From Chthonomonadales bacterium (GTDB lineage: Bacteria > Armatimonadota > Chthonomonadetes > Chthonomonadales > CAJBBX01): a DNA stretch of 64,000 nt. Below are positions 9,613-18,258 of the stretch, in pieces (position 1 is the first letter of the stretch; the number at the start of each line of letters is the position of its first letter). Under the pieces are notes generated by a model, which had not been told where the DNA came from, did not search any database, and worked only from the letters and a program-made list of their open reading frames with translations. The DNA lies in NCBI GenBank assembly GCA_038229495.1, contig JBBROJ010000005.1, positions 5,771 to 69,770 on the forward strand. The letters are read 5' to 3'. The position numbers were made by a program, and so were the translations under genes.

Positions 9613-11610
9613 ATGAGCATCAGAAAAGTCTCCCCGCATATTGTCGTGGCCGCCGTCTTTACGCTTCTTGCATCCGCGCCTGCCAGCGGCATCCCCACGA
9701 TTAAGCTCCGAGTAAACCGCTCGGCTATCCTGAGTGACGGCCGGGACGCCTCGGAAATTGTTGCGGAAGTGCGAGACAACACGGGAAACTTTGTGCCGAA
9801 TGGTACCTCCGTGCGGTTCGAAACGAGCCTTGGGGTCTTCCAGCAGGGGATGTCGCCCAGCGTCAATGCAAACACGCAGGCCGGCCAGGCGCGGGTTCGA
9901 CTTGTGGGACAGCAAAAGGGTACCGCGAAGGTATTCGCCAGTATGCAGGGGGGTGTTTCGGAGCCGGTTGAGGTTGCTTTTACGGACGACCCTACCGAGA
10001 CTTTTCAGGGTAACTCTTACATCGACGTTTTAGCTACGCGGTCTCTTCTGTACAGCGCCAATGACCGGGTTATCGAGGCGGCGGGCAGGCAGCGAAAGGA
10101 CGGGGAAAAGGGACTGCCGGGGGCCAGCATTTCCTATCGCAACGTTGAGATTATCGCGGACACGATCCAGTTGAATTGTACGGACAGCGTAGTTCGGGCA
10201 ACAGGAAACGTGCGCGTATCGCGGGGCGGGAAGCGATTCCAGTGCTTACGTCTCAACTTTCCGCTTCTGGGGAAAGAGGGATATGCAATTACCGAAACGG
10301 CCAAGCGGATAGTCCCCGTAAAGATTCATACGAACGATCTGACCACGGTTCCCGCAGCGGATGGACTCTCTCCCGTAGTATTTCAAATGGTCGATATCAG
10401 CGCGGCTACGCAGGCGATCGAAGCGCGCGAGATTCGACTCTTCCCCGGCGAAAAACTTCAGTTCAAGCACCCCAAATTCTACACGGACGGTCAGAAGCTC
10501 GTTTCGATGCCGTTCTATTCCCTGCCGCTCTATTCCACCCAGCTTTTCACCGATCAGTTTGTCAGTGTCGGAACCCAGGGCCTGGGAATCGACATGCCGC
10601 TGTACTACGACTTGTCGCCGGTCTCGATGGGAGTATTTCACGTTCGGCATGGGGAGCAGAGCGGTCGCGGGGCGTTTGCAACCAGGCCAGGCTGGTCCAT
10701 GGACATGATTCAGCAGTACAACTCCAGCGGCGCGGCGCGCAGATATACGGGTGAGATGGGGCTGACAGGCATCTCGCGCACCGACTGGGGCTTCCGATGG
10801 AATCACAGCCAGGAGTTCAACACCGATACCCGCGCGTCATTCGCACTCGATCTCCCGCAGCACCGAGAAGCGTTTCTGTCGAGCAACCTGAATCGCGAGC
10901 TTGGGCCGCTGCATTTGGGCCTTAATCTATCGGGGAACCGCTCGCTGTCCGGCAGCCGCTCAAGCGGCTCCGAAGCAGATGCCTATCTGGAGACGACGCC
11001 CCGCAAAGTCGGCAAGACAGGCTACATGATGGCGTTTGGAGGGACGGCGAGCATGGCGCACACCAAGTATGAGGCGTTCGCCAACAGCATTGCGAGCGAG
11101 GGAGTGCAGACGCGCTTTTTCAGCAAGCCGTTTATGCTGGGCCGCGCAACAACGCTCACGAACTACGTTACTCTGGGGCACGCCTGGACAAACCAGGGTC
11201 GCTCCGGCCCCTCAATCCTGACGTCGCTGACCATGAATCATACGTTTCACGGCGGCGCTACGCTCCAGACCACCTACGATTACACTAAGTCGCCCGCCGC
11301 CTATATAAACACGGGGAGCCACCGCCTCAGCACTAACCTGGTGATGAACGCGGGCGGCAAATGGAATCTGTATGTCTACAACAGCACGCTGCTCGATGCG
11401 AATGTATCGACGACGATCGGCGACTTCAATTACGCCATTGCCCCGCGCTGGCGAATGACGCTTTCAGCCACGTTGCAGCGGTTCACGGGATCGCAATACC
11501 ACGATTACCAGTTGGGCTTCGCGCGCAGCATCAGCGGGCGCGACTTCGTCCTTTCCTACTCTACACTTAGCCACCGCATCTTTTTCGACATGGAAGCAAG
11601 CCGCTTCTAG
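9613..11610 (+). CDS. Outer-membrane beta-barrel protein with an N-terminal Big_1 Ig domain and an OstA/LptD-like segment
   Basis: Signal peptide 'MSIRKVSPHIVVAAVFTLLASAPASG'. 'LSDGRDASEIVAEVRDNTGNFVPNGTSVRFETSLG...AGQARVRL' is intimin/invasin Big_1-like. 'IIADTIQLNCTDSVVRATGNVRVSRGG' is OstA-like. The C-terminal half is rich in alternating residues and ends '...FFDMEASRF' (terminal Phe beta-signal). The start is uncertain (ORF opens at 9463). Confidence 0.65.
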   Translation: MSIRKVSPHIVVAAVFTLLASAPASGIPTIKLRVNRSAILSDGRDASEIVAEVRDNTGNFVPNGTSVRFETSLGVFQQGMSPSVNANTQAGQARVRLVGQQKGTAKVFASMQGGVSEPVEVAFTDDPTETFQGNSYIDVLATRSLLYSANDRVIEAAGRQRKDGEKGLPGASISYRNVEIIADTIQLNCTDSVVRATGNVRVSRGGKRFQCLRLNFPLLGKEGYAITETAKRIVPVKIHTNDLTTVPAADGLSPVVFQMVDISAATQAIEAREIRLFPGEKLQFKHPKFYTDGQKLVSMPFYSLPLYSTQLFTDQFVSVGTQGLGIDMPLYYDLSPVSMGVFHVRHGEQSGRGAFATRPGWSMDMIQQYNSSGAARRYTGEMGLTGISRTDWGFRWNHSQEFNTDTRASFALDLPQHREAFLSSNLNRELGPLHLGLNLSGNRSLSGSRSSGSEADAYLETTPRKVGKTGYMMAFGGTASMAHTKYEAFANSIASEGVQTRFFSKPFMLGRATTLTNYVTLGHAWTNQGRSGPSILTSLTMNHTFHGGATLQTTYDYTKSPAAYINTGSHRLSTNLVMNAGGKWNLYVYNSTLLDANVSTTIGDFNYAIAPRWRMTLSATLQRFTGSQYHDYQLGFARSISGRDFVLSYSTLSHRIFFDMEASRF

Positions 11611-11672
11611 ACCGCTTTTGCTCCCTTCATCCATTCCAGAGAACATAAGCTGCAGAGAACATAGGCGGTTGC

Positions 11673-13811
11673 CTACGGCCTCTTATGGACCGCCGCGCTT
11701 CGCGTTGTTGCTGCCGTCGGAGCATTTACCGCGGTGAAGCCCGACCATGTGTACGTATAGCGAATGTTGTTCACCATACTTACCTGAGTACCCCCCTGTC
11801 CATTCAAATTATCATCCAAAGAGAGGACAATCGGCAGATGCGAACGGGCGTTTGCATTGTTGTCGAAGTACTGATTGTTGATGCCTCCCACCGTGGTCAG
11901 ATCTGCAGTGTCATGTATCGTACTCGGTGGGAATAATGGTGGCGCTCCTTTGAACAAAGCTGTTACCGCGATTCCCTTCCACATAGCGGCGTTGGCGGAG
12001 ATGTACATCTTGTGCCCCTTAAGATCAACGTTCATGTAAGCGCTGAAGCCTCCTTGATCGTCAGGGAAGGGATTGATGAGAGAGAATGGAATCGACCCAC
12101 TCCCCGAGAGATCGATCCGCCTGGTATCGCTATCGGAGGTGCCGCCAGCCTCGTAATCCGCTGTAGAGTCTCGTCCCTCGAGACCGATCTGGATAGAATC
12201 CGTTTCGCCCGACGCAGCGGGCGCATAAGGATAGGTCACCGCCTGGCCCGGCGCATATCGCCAGCCATGCACGTCTCCTCGAAAAGTGAGGTTCCAATTG
12301 ACCTTGTAATTCTCGGATCCCCAGTTCAGATGCTCGACCAGCAGGTGAATCTGGCCTTTCCACATCGTAAGTGGAACCGCGTTGGAAGGGTGTCCGCGGA
12401 CCGTCACGACTACATCACCGGATAGGCCGGGAGATAGTCCGTCGCAGGTGATCTCGCTTTGTGTCCAGCCTCCGGGCCGAATGCTGAGAGCTGCCCCACC
12501 TACTGTCACCGTGCCGCCGCCCTGGGGGTCGCTCCCGAACTCTCCGAAGAGCACGAGCTGGTTTCGTATCTCATCGACGGCAACGTTGCTGATGCTCGGG
12601 GCGAACAGGCCAAAGCTGTCGGAATCGGCCTTGGTTGTGCCTGCGCTGGTCGAAAATGCCAGAAAGGCAGTCGGACTTATCAGGTCCGGGCCGCGCGCCT
12701 CATTCAAGTGCTGGTTCTGCATGTCTTTAAGTACCGCCGGCCAGTCGAAAGCGCGCTGGGGTGGATTCTTTGCAAGTGTTCCCAGGTTATTCTGGCCGGC
12801 CAGACTGTTATAGAGGTATTGGGCCGACTGAGCGGAATCGCCCGCACGAATCAGATCCGTCCAGCCGGCATAAGTGCCGCCGGGTGGCTTCGTGCACACC
12901 TGTCGGAATGGTGTTCCCTCAATATTCGAATTGCTCATGCAAGTGTTGAAATAAACAAAACAATTATTGTTGAGCGTCCAATTCTTAGCTGCGAACTTTG
13001 GGGTGATATAGTATTGCTTGTTTAATCCAAACGAATTGCCAACGATGTCCGCCGTAAGGGAAGGCCCGATGAATCCCTCTTGCAGCTCTGCGCTGTGCAG
13101 GGCCTCATCCACTAGATTCAGTCCGGTCGCTGTAGGGAGACAATAGACAGGCGATCCCGAGCTGCCATCCTTGTTATAAACCCTGGCAAACGTGCCGTGG
13201 CCCTCTACATGGACTATATCCTCGTTTTTTACACTATGTTCCAATGCGTCCAGCGTACCGTCTGACCTGGTGACGCTGTAGCCTACGCTCGTCAGGACTG
13301 TTTTTATCGTGTCTAGAACTGCCGAGGACTGAATTTTCAGTGGTATGTCGGTGAGTTTGCCAAAGTTATTGAAAATCACCGCATTCTTGCCTGTGCCAAG
13401 CTGGTTGGCAGCGCGGCTCCCTGCGTGCAACGCTACAGGCGGCAGTTTGGCTGCTTTAGACGAAGCCGAATAGTCGCTATACGGGCGATTGTTTACGATG
13501 ACGAGAGTCTGCCCGCCGCCTTTGAAGTGGGCCGAGATGGAACCAAACTGCGGATCATATTGTGTCTGGTCGAATTCAGGCCGGGTCTTGATGTACTGAA
13601 AGAGCGTCTGGTTATCGGCCTTCGGATCCTGGTGCGGAAGCGATGCGAACTGCGCGCTGATCGCATCCATCGCCGCGGACCGCTGATCGAATGAAAGGGA
13701 GGCCGTTCCTCCCCCGCCCCCGCCGGGTGCGCCTCCGCCTCCGCCGCACCCACTTAGAAAGACGGTCGAGAGACACGCCAGTAATGTTGACCATACGCAA
13801 GCAGATTTCAT
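11673..13811 (-). CDS. Lipoprotein of unknown function with an IPT/TIG-like segment and a possible caspase-fold His/Cys pair
   Basis: Lipobox 'VFLSGC' followed by a Gly-rich linker. 'VTVGGAALSIRPGGWTQSEITCDGLSPGLSGDVVVTV' is IPT-like. 'VHVEGHG' and 'FVYFNTCMS' are a candidate dyad. Confidence 0.7.
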   Translation of the reverse strand: MKSACVWSTLLACLSTVFLSGCGGGGGAPGGGGGGTASLSFDQRSAAMDAISAQFASLPHQDPKADNQTLFQYIKTRPEFDQTQYDPQFGSISAHFKGGGQTLVIVNNRPYSDYSASSKAAKLPPVALHAGSRAANQLGTGKNAVIFNNFGKLTDIPLKIQSSAVLDTIKTVLTSVGYSVTRSDGTLDALEHSVKNEDIVHVEGHGTFARVYNKDGSSGSPVYCLPTATGLNLVDEALHSAELQEGFIGPSLTADIVGNSFGLNKQYYITPKFAAKNWTLNNNCFVYFNTCMSNSNIEGTPFRQVCTKPPGGTYAGWTDLIRAGDSAQSAQYLYNSLAGQNNLGTLAKNPPQRAFDWPAVLKDMQNQHLNEARGPDLISPTAFLAFSTSAGTTKADSDSFGLFAPSISNVAVDEIRNQLVLFGEFGSDPQGGGTVTVGGAALSIRPGGWTQSEITCDGLSPGLSGDVVVTVRGHPSNAVPLTMWKGQIHLLVEHLNWGSENYKVNWNLTFRGDVHGWRYAPGQAVTYPYAPAASGETDSIQIGLEGRDSTADYEAGGTSDSDTRRIDLSGSGSIPFSLINPFPDDQGGFSAYMNVDLKGHKMYISANAAMWKGIAVTALFKGAPPLFPPSTIHDTADLTTVGGINNQYFDNNANARSHLPIVLSLDDNLNGQGGTQVSMVNNIRYTYTWSGFTAVNAPTAATTRSAAVHKRP

Positions 13812-14004
13812 CGTCCGTATCTCCCTGGGTTACCGTGAAGACCAAGTCGCGAGTTCGCGCATCGCGTTAATGGGACTACGTTCTATCGAACCATAATATA
13901 TTCCTTCCCTGTATCAGGCAGTCTATCCGCCGCTTGGCCGGGTCATTGCTTATCGTCTATTCCGTACGCGCAGAGATGATACATCATATCGGCATGCGAC
14001 CTGT

Positions 14005-14664
14005 TCAAATGTTGGTGAACTTGTACCCTTTGCCTGAACCGCAATCGTAAAGCGGCTTCAGCTCGCGGGCGGCGTCCAGCAGCGCGTCGATCAGCTGCGG
14101 ACCGCTCCGGATTACCGGATGCGCGCGGTTGTATGCAATTCCGAAGCTGGCGTGCTGTCCCTTGACCCTCTTCATGCGTTCCCCAAACGCCTTGAGCGTC
14201 TTCTTGTTGAGCGCCTCTCCCTTGAGCGGCTCGCTGTTTTTATCGGTGATTGTATAGGCGCGAATCGTGGGCCGCTTTTCCAAATACTTCGCCAGAGGGC
14301 CGGCGTTCCTGGCCAGATTCTCCGCAAATAGCTCTTTCTCGCCCGCATAGTCTTCCACGAAGAGCAGGCAGCGGAAATCTTCGCCCGTGATAGCGGCGCG
14401 CAGGTGGACGAAGGGCTTGTAGGCCCGCTTCTCCTTTGCGAACGCCACCCACGTAGCAACAGGAGCATTCACGCTGCGACGGAGGTGCTGCGCAACGTGC
14501 GGATAGAGCGTCTGCCCGTATATCTCGGACAACCGGGGGGCCAGCTCCTCGCCCAGGTCCTTCAGCTTCGGCGTAATGTTCGTCTTCAGGGCAGGCATGC
14601 GGCTGGCGAAATCGGGCAGCTGAAATATTTCGAAATCGCTGTCGGTAAAGCCGGTGAACGGCAC
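14005..14664 (-). CDS. DUF1054 (YktB/UPF0637) family protein
   Basis: The N-terminus 'MPFTGFTDSDFEIFQLPDFASRMPALKTNITPKL' matches the characteristic YktB-family opening, and the ~219 aa length fits. Confidence 0.75.
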   Translation of the reverse strand: MPFTGFTDSDFEIFQLPDFASRMPALKTNITPKLKDLGEELAPRLSEIYGQTLYPHVAQHLRRSVNAPVATWVAFAKEKRAYKPFVHLRAAITGEDFRCLLFVEDYAGEKELFAENLARNAGPLAKYLEKRPTIRAYTITDKNSEPLKGEALNKKTLKAFGERMKRVKGQHASFGIAYNRAHPVIRSGPQLIDALLDAARELKPLYDCGSGKGYKFTNI

Positions 14665-14707
14665 GGGAGCGCTCCTTTCGGTTATCTCACGAAAAGTCAG
14701 GACGGGA

Positions 14708-15763
14708 TTAGCGGAATACGAGCATCAAAGCCATGCCGGCCAGCACGATCAAGGCCGCCATGGTAGCTCCGCATGAGCCGGTTTTCGTTGGCATCTGAGA
14801 ACTGCCGGATCTCAACTTCGCAAGCTCGTCATTTGCCGGCATGCGGGGCTCGGCGACACCAGGAACTGATGCTTCGGGATGCAACGCCGCATGGCACTTC
14901 CAGCACCGGTCCGCCGCGATGGTGTTCTCGCTGCTGCATCGGAAGCAGCGAACCCTGTAGCTCGCCTCCGCCAGGCCGACGGCGCACGACGGGCAGGAGG
15001 TCTCGCCCGCGGAGAAGCCGCGCCTGCACTGCGGGCACCACAAGCGCGGCGCGTAGAGCGGCGGCAACTGGGTAGGTTGGGAAGACTCCTGCGACAAAGG
15101 AGACGGTGGAGACCTGGGCGACATCGGAGACATATGTGACCTGGGAGACTCGGGCGAATCAATCGCCTCCGGTGGCGGCAGCGATTCGGGGGATATAGAT
15201 TCGCGCGGCGCGTCTGCTGAGTTCGACACAGTATCAGATACTAAAGCCGGTATTGTATCAGGTGTGTCAGGGCGCGAATGCTCACTCGAAACGGGTTCGG
15301 CCGGAACCTCCACAAATGACGTCGCGGCCATAGCCGCCGCACTCGTCTCCTGAGCCTCCCCGATCCCCTGAATCGCTCGCAGGCCCGGCTCTCGCGAATC
15401 CAGCCAGCGGCCTCCGCACCGCGCGCAAGTCAACGGCTTAGCGCTCACGACGCCCGAAACAGATGTAATCTCAAGCAGAGCAGTTCGGCACGTTGGGCAG
15501 GGCTTCGGCAGCCCCTCGAACATGCCGGGGCTGGATATTCCGGGGAAAAGCGCGTCGAGCCCGGCGAACGGTGTGCCGGCGGTCAAGGCTATCCGCGCGA
15601 AGTCGGCGGGGTCAATCCAGCATCCGCCGCAGCTCCGGCAGACATGAATCGCCGCGCCGTTCCACTCCACCGCTTCCAGAATCAAACTGCATTGCGGACA
15701 GTTTATCATGTCATTATATCCATGTTGTCTATCAGCCGATTGTACCTCATCAAGCGAGCACAT
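14708..15763 (-). CDS. Multi zinc-ribbon membrane-anchored protein (zf-TFIIB-like repeats, Pro/Ser-rich linker, C-terminal TM)
   Basis: 'CPQCS...CRSCGGCWID' and 'CPTCR...CARCGGRWLD' are TFIIB-type zinc ribbons. Further 'CPQCRR..CPSC' and 'CFRC..CWKC' pairs follow. C-terminal 'ATMAALIVLAGMALMLVF'. Confidence 0.65.
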   Translation of the reverse strand: MCSLDEVQSADRQHGYNDMINCPQCSLILEAVEWNGAAIHVCRSCGGCWIDPADFARIALTAGTPFAGLDALFPGISSPGMFEGLPKPCPTCRTALLEITSVSGVVSAKPLTCARCGGRWLDSREPGLRAIQGIGEAQETSAAAMAATSFVEVPAEPVSSEHSRPDTPDTIPALVSDTVSNSADAPRESISPESLPPPEAIDSPESPRSHMSPMSPRSPPSPLSQESSQPTQLPPLYAPRLWCPQCRRGFSAGETSCPSCAVGLAEASYRVRCFRCSSENTIAADRCWKCHAALHPEASVPGVAEPRMPANDELAKLRSGSSQMPTKTGSCGATMAALIVLAGMALMLVFR

Positions 15764-15780
15764 GAGGACGAATCAATATG

Positions 15781-15870
15781 CTTACCAATGCTTGCCAATG
15801 CTTACGATGCTTACGATGCTTACGATGCTTACGATGCTTACGATGCTTACGATGCTTACGATGCTTACGA
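15781..15870. repeat. Tandem repeat (CTTACGATG) x7 plus partial, preceded by two degenerate 10-mers
   Basis: Read directly: 7 perfect 9-bp units at 15801-15863, a partial unit to 15870, and 'cttaccaatg cttgccaatg' at 15781-15800. It lies in the divergent intergenic region between 15763(-) and 15969(+). Confidence 0.9.
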
Positions 15871-15968
15871 ACCTTGGCAGGCCGGCTGCTTCGCGATTCG
15901 ACAGGATATTGAGCCGGGCGGGGAGAATGGGGAGAATGGGATAGGGAGTAACTGAATCGGAGGCGCTA

Positions 15969-16955
15969 TTGATTATCGCTGCCGCGCCCGGCAGATGTGG
16001 AATTGTCGGCAATCCGACCGACATCTATGGCGGAAGCGTTATAAGTATTTCCACACGCGAGCGCGCCCGGTGTGCGCTTGCGCCATCGGACTGTCTTCGG
16101 GTTTCATCATCGGGAGAAAGCGGTATCTTTACGTCTCCTGCTTGCCTGGCTCTCCGTGGAGGCAAGCTGGATATCGCGCGCGCGGCATTGCAGTGGTTCG
16201 AAATCGATCCCGCGGAGGCGCGATTCTCGCTCGACATCTCTACCGATATTCCGATGCAGGCGGGCATGGCGGGTTCGACGGCGATCGTGGTCACTCTCGT
16301 GGGCGCTCTGGACCGCCATTACGGGTGGAAGCTGCACCCCTGGGCCGTTGCCGAGACCGCCCGGAAGATAGAAAACAGGGTCATGGGCGTGGTCTGCGGG
16401 TTTCAAGACCAGCACATGGCCGTCTTCGGCGGCCTCAACTACATGGATTTTGCGGGCAAGCAGCAGTTGGAGCAGCGTGATGATGAGCCCCTTGCAACGG
16501 TCGAGCCTTTGGCTGCGTTCGCGCCCATTCCTCCACTGCTCACGGCAAATACCGGCGTCCGCCATCATTCTGGGACGGTCCACAAAAGCCCACGTGACCG
16601 GTGGCTGGCCGGCGAGCAGGCGGTAATCGACGCCTATTCCCGAATTGCTGAGATTGCGCGGCTCGGAAAGCGATCTCTGCTGGCGGGGGACTGGAATACA
16701 CTCGGGGCGCTGATGAACGAGAATCACGAGATTGTGGCGAATCTCGGCGGCTCCGGCGAGGCGAACGAGCGGCTCATACGCGCGGCGAGGTCTGCGGGGG
16801 CTTATGGAGCGAAACTGGCAGGCGCGGGCGGCGGCGGAACCATCCTTGCGCTATGTGAAGACATGGAGCGCGTGAGCGCCGCACTGCTGGAAGCCGGGGC
16901 CGCCGCGCTCACTACGCCCTACCCGTCATCCGGCCTGACGATTACGGAAAATTGA
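15969..16955 (+). CDS. GHMP-family sugar or small-molecule kinase
   Basis: 'IPMQAGMAGSTAIVVTLVGAL' is the GHMP motif II (PxGSGLGSSAA-like). 'GAKLAGAGGGGTILAL' is the GHMP C-terminal motif. TTG start 5 nt after GGAGG. Confidence 0.8.
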   Translation: MIIAAAPGRCGIVGNPTDIYGGSVISISTRERARCALAPSDCLRVSSSGESGIFTSPACLALRGGKLDIARAALQWFEIDPAEARFSLDISTDIPMQAGMAGSTAIVVTLVGALDRHYGWKLHPWAVAETARKIENRVMGVVCGFQDQHMAVFGGLNYMDFAGKQQLEQRDDEPLATVEPLAAFAPIPPLLTANTGVRHHSGTVHKSPRDRWLAGEQAVIDAYSRIAEIARLGKRSLLAGDWNTLGALMNENHEIVANLGGSGEANERLIRAARSAGAYGAKLAGAGGGGTILALCEDMERVSAALLEAGAAALTTPYPSSGLTITEN

Positions 16956-16974
16956 TCTCACGATCTAAATCACT

Positions 16975-18258
16975 ATGATTACGCGACTTCGACTTGAAAA
17001 CTTCAAAAGCTTCCGAAACGCCGAATTGAACCTGGGTCCGTTCACGGTGCTCATCGGTGCGAATGCGTCCGGCAAAAGTAATGTTCGCGATGCCTTTCGA
17101 TTTTTGCATGGAGTTGGACGCGGCTACTCCCTTCCCGATATCATAGGTGAGAAACGAGGCGAAGGTGGTGAGAGGGTATGGACCGGTATCCGGGGCGCAA
17201 CTCGTGAAATCACATTCCAGGGAGCGGAACGATTTGTTTTGGAATGCTCGTTTCCGGGGCAACCATATTTTCCTGATCATGGGGTGGTCCAGGAGACTTA
17301 TCGAATCGAAGTTGAGACAGGACAGCCTGGAGAGGTCCCGCGCGTCATTGAAGAATCGTTAGCATTGGATTCCGAACGCGAATATATTTATCGCGCAGAG
17401 CTGCAAGAGAACAAGTCCAAACCTTACAGTGGAACATTAGAATTACAAGTATTCAACGGTAAGAAACAAGAACAACCTTTGACCTTACCGGATTATCAAC
17501 CGGTGATAGCTTCCTTGGAAAAGAGGCTGGTAGACAACGACGATTGGACGCCAGAAGTCCATATGAGTTTGGTGGATGCGCTGGCGGCGCTGGGCTCTAT
17601 CCAATTTATCGAGCTTGACATTCTGGCATTGCGCACCCCATCATTGCCGGGGCAGGATGATTTAGGAGATCAGGGCGAGAATCTATCTTCTGTATTGCTC
17701 GCAATATGCCGGGATTCGAAGAAGAAACGCGCGCTCTTAACATGGATACAAGCGCTAACACCGACAGACGCTATTGACCTAGAATTTCCCGCAGATTTTG
17801 AGGGCAAGGTGCTCGTCCATTTAGTCGAGAGAGGCGGCCAGAGAGTTTCTGCGCATAGCGCATCCGACGGAACGTTACGATTTCTTGGAATACTTGCCGC
17901 GCTAATGCAGCCGCATCCGGTTGCAACGCTCTTTTTCGATGAGATCGACACTGGTATCCATCCAGCCAGACTTCATCTTCTGGTTCAGCTTATCGATCAA
18001 GTGTCCGGGGAACGCAGAACCCAGGTAATCGCTACTACTCATTCATCGACACTGCTTCAGCTGCTTTCTCCACAGATGCTCGAAAACGTTTCATTGACAT
18101 ATCGTCTGGAAGGCCACGAGGAGACATCGATTAAGCGCATTTTGGACATCCCGGATGCTCGTCGGCTTATTCAGGAGCAGGACATACTCGACCTGCATAA
18201 CTCGGGATGGTTTGAAGATGCCGTTACCTTTACCCAGGAAGAAGGCGAAGCAGCGTGA
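16975..18258 (+). CDS. ABC/SMC-like AAA ATPase (AAA_21/AAA_15-type)
   Basis: 'RLRLENFKSFRNAELNLGPFTVLIGANASGKSN' (Walker A), 'SDGTLRFLGILAAL' (signature-like), 'LFFDEIDTGIHP' (Walker B/D-loop), 'IATTHS' (H-loop). GC is lower than the flanks. Confidence 0.85.
   Translation: MITRLRLENFKSFRNAELNLGPFTVLIGANASGKSNVRDAFRFLHGVGRGYSLPDIIGEKRGEGGERVWTGIRGATREITFQGAERFVLECSFPGQPYFPDHGVVQETYRIEVETGQPGEVPRVIEESLALDSEREYIYRAELQENKSKPYSGTLELQVFNGKKQEQPLTLPDYQPVIASLEKRLVDNDDWTPEVHMSLVDALAALGSIQFIELDILALRTPSLPGQDDLGDQGENLSSVLLAICRDSKKKRALLTWIQALTPTDAIDLEFPADFEGKVLVHLVERGGQRVSAHSASDGTLRFLGILAALMQPHPVATLFFDEIDTGIHPARLHLLVQLIDQVSGERRTQVIATTHSSTLLQLLSPQMLENVSLTYRLEGHEETSIKRILDIPDARRLIQEQDILDLHNSGWFEDAVTFTQEEGEAA

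Noticed and set aside
15781-15870. Considered whether any of the tandem arrays (15781, 20173, 27587, 33627, 58713, 63297) could be CRISPR
   Set aside because: The units are 7-9 bp and directly abutting, with no unique spacers, and no cas genes are in the window. They are short tandem repeats, not CRISPR.
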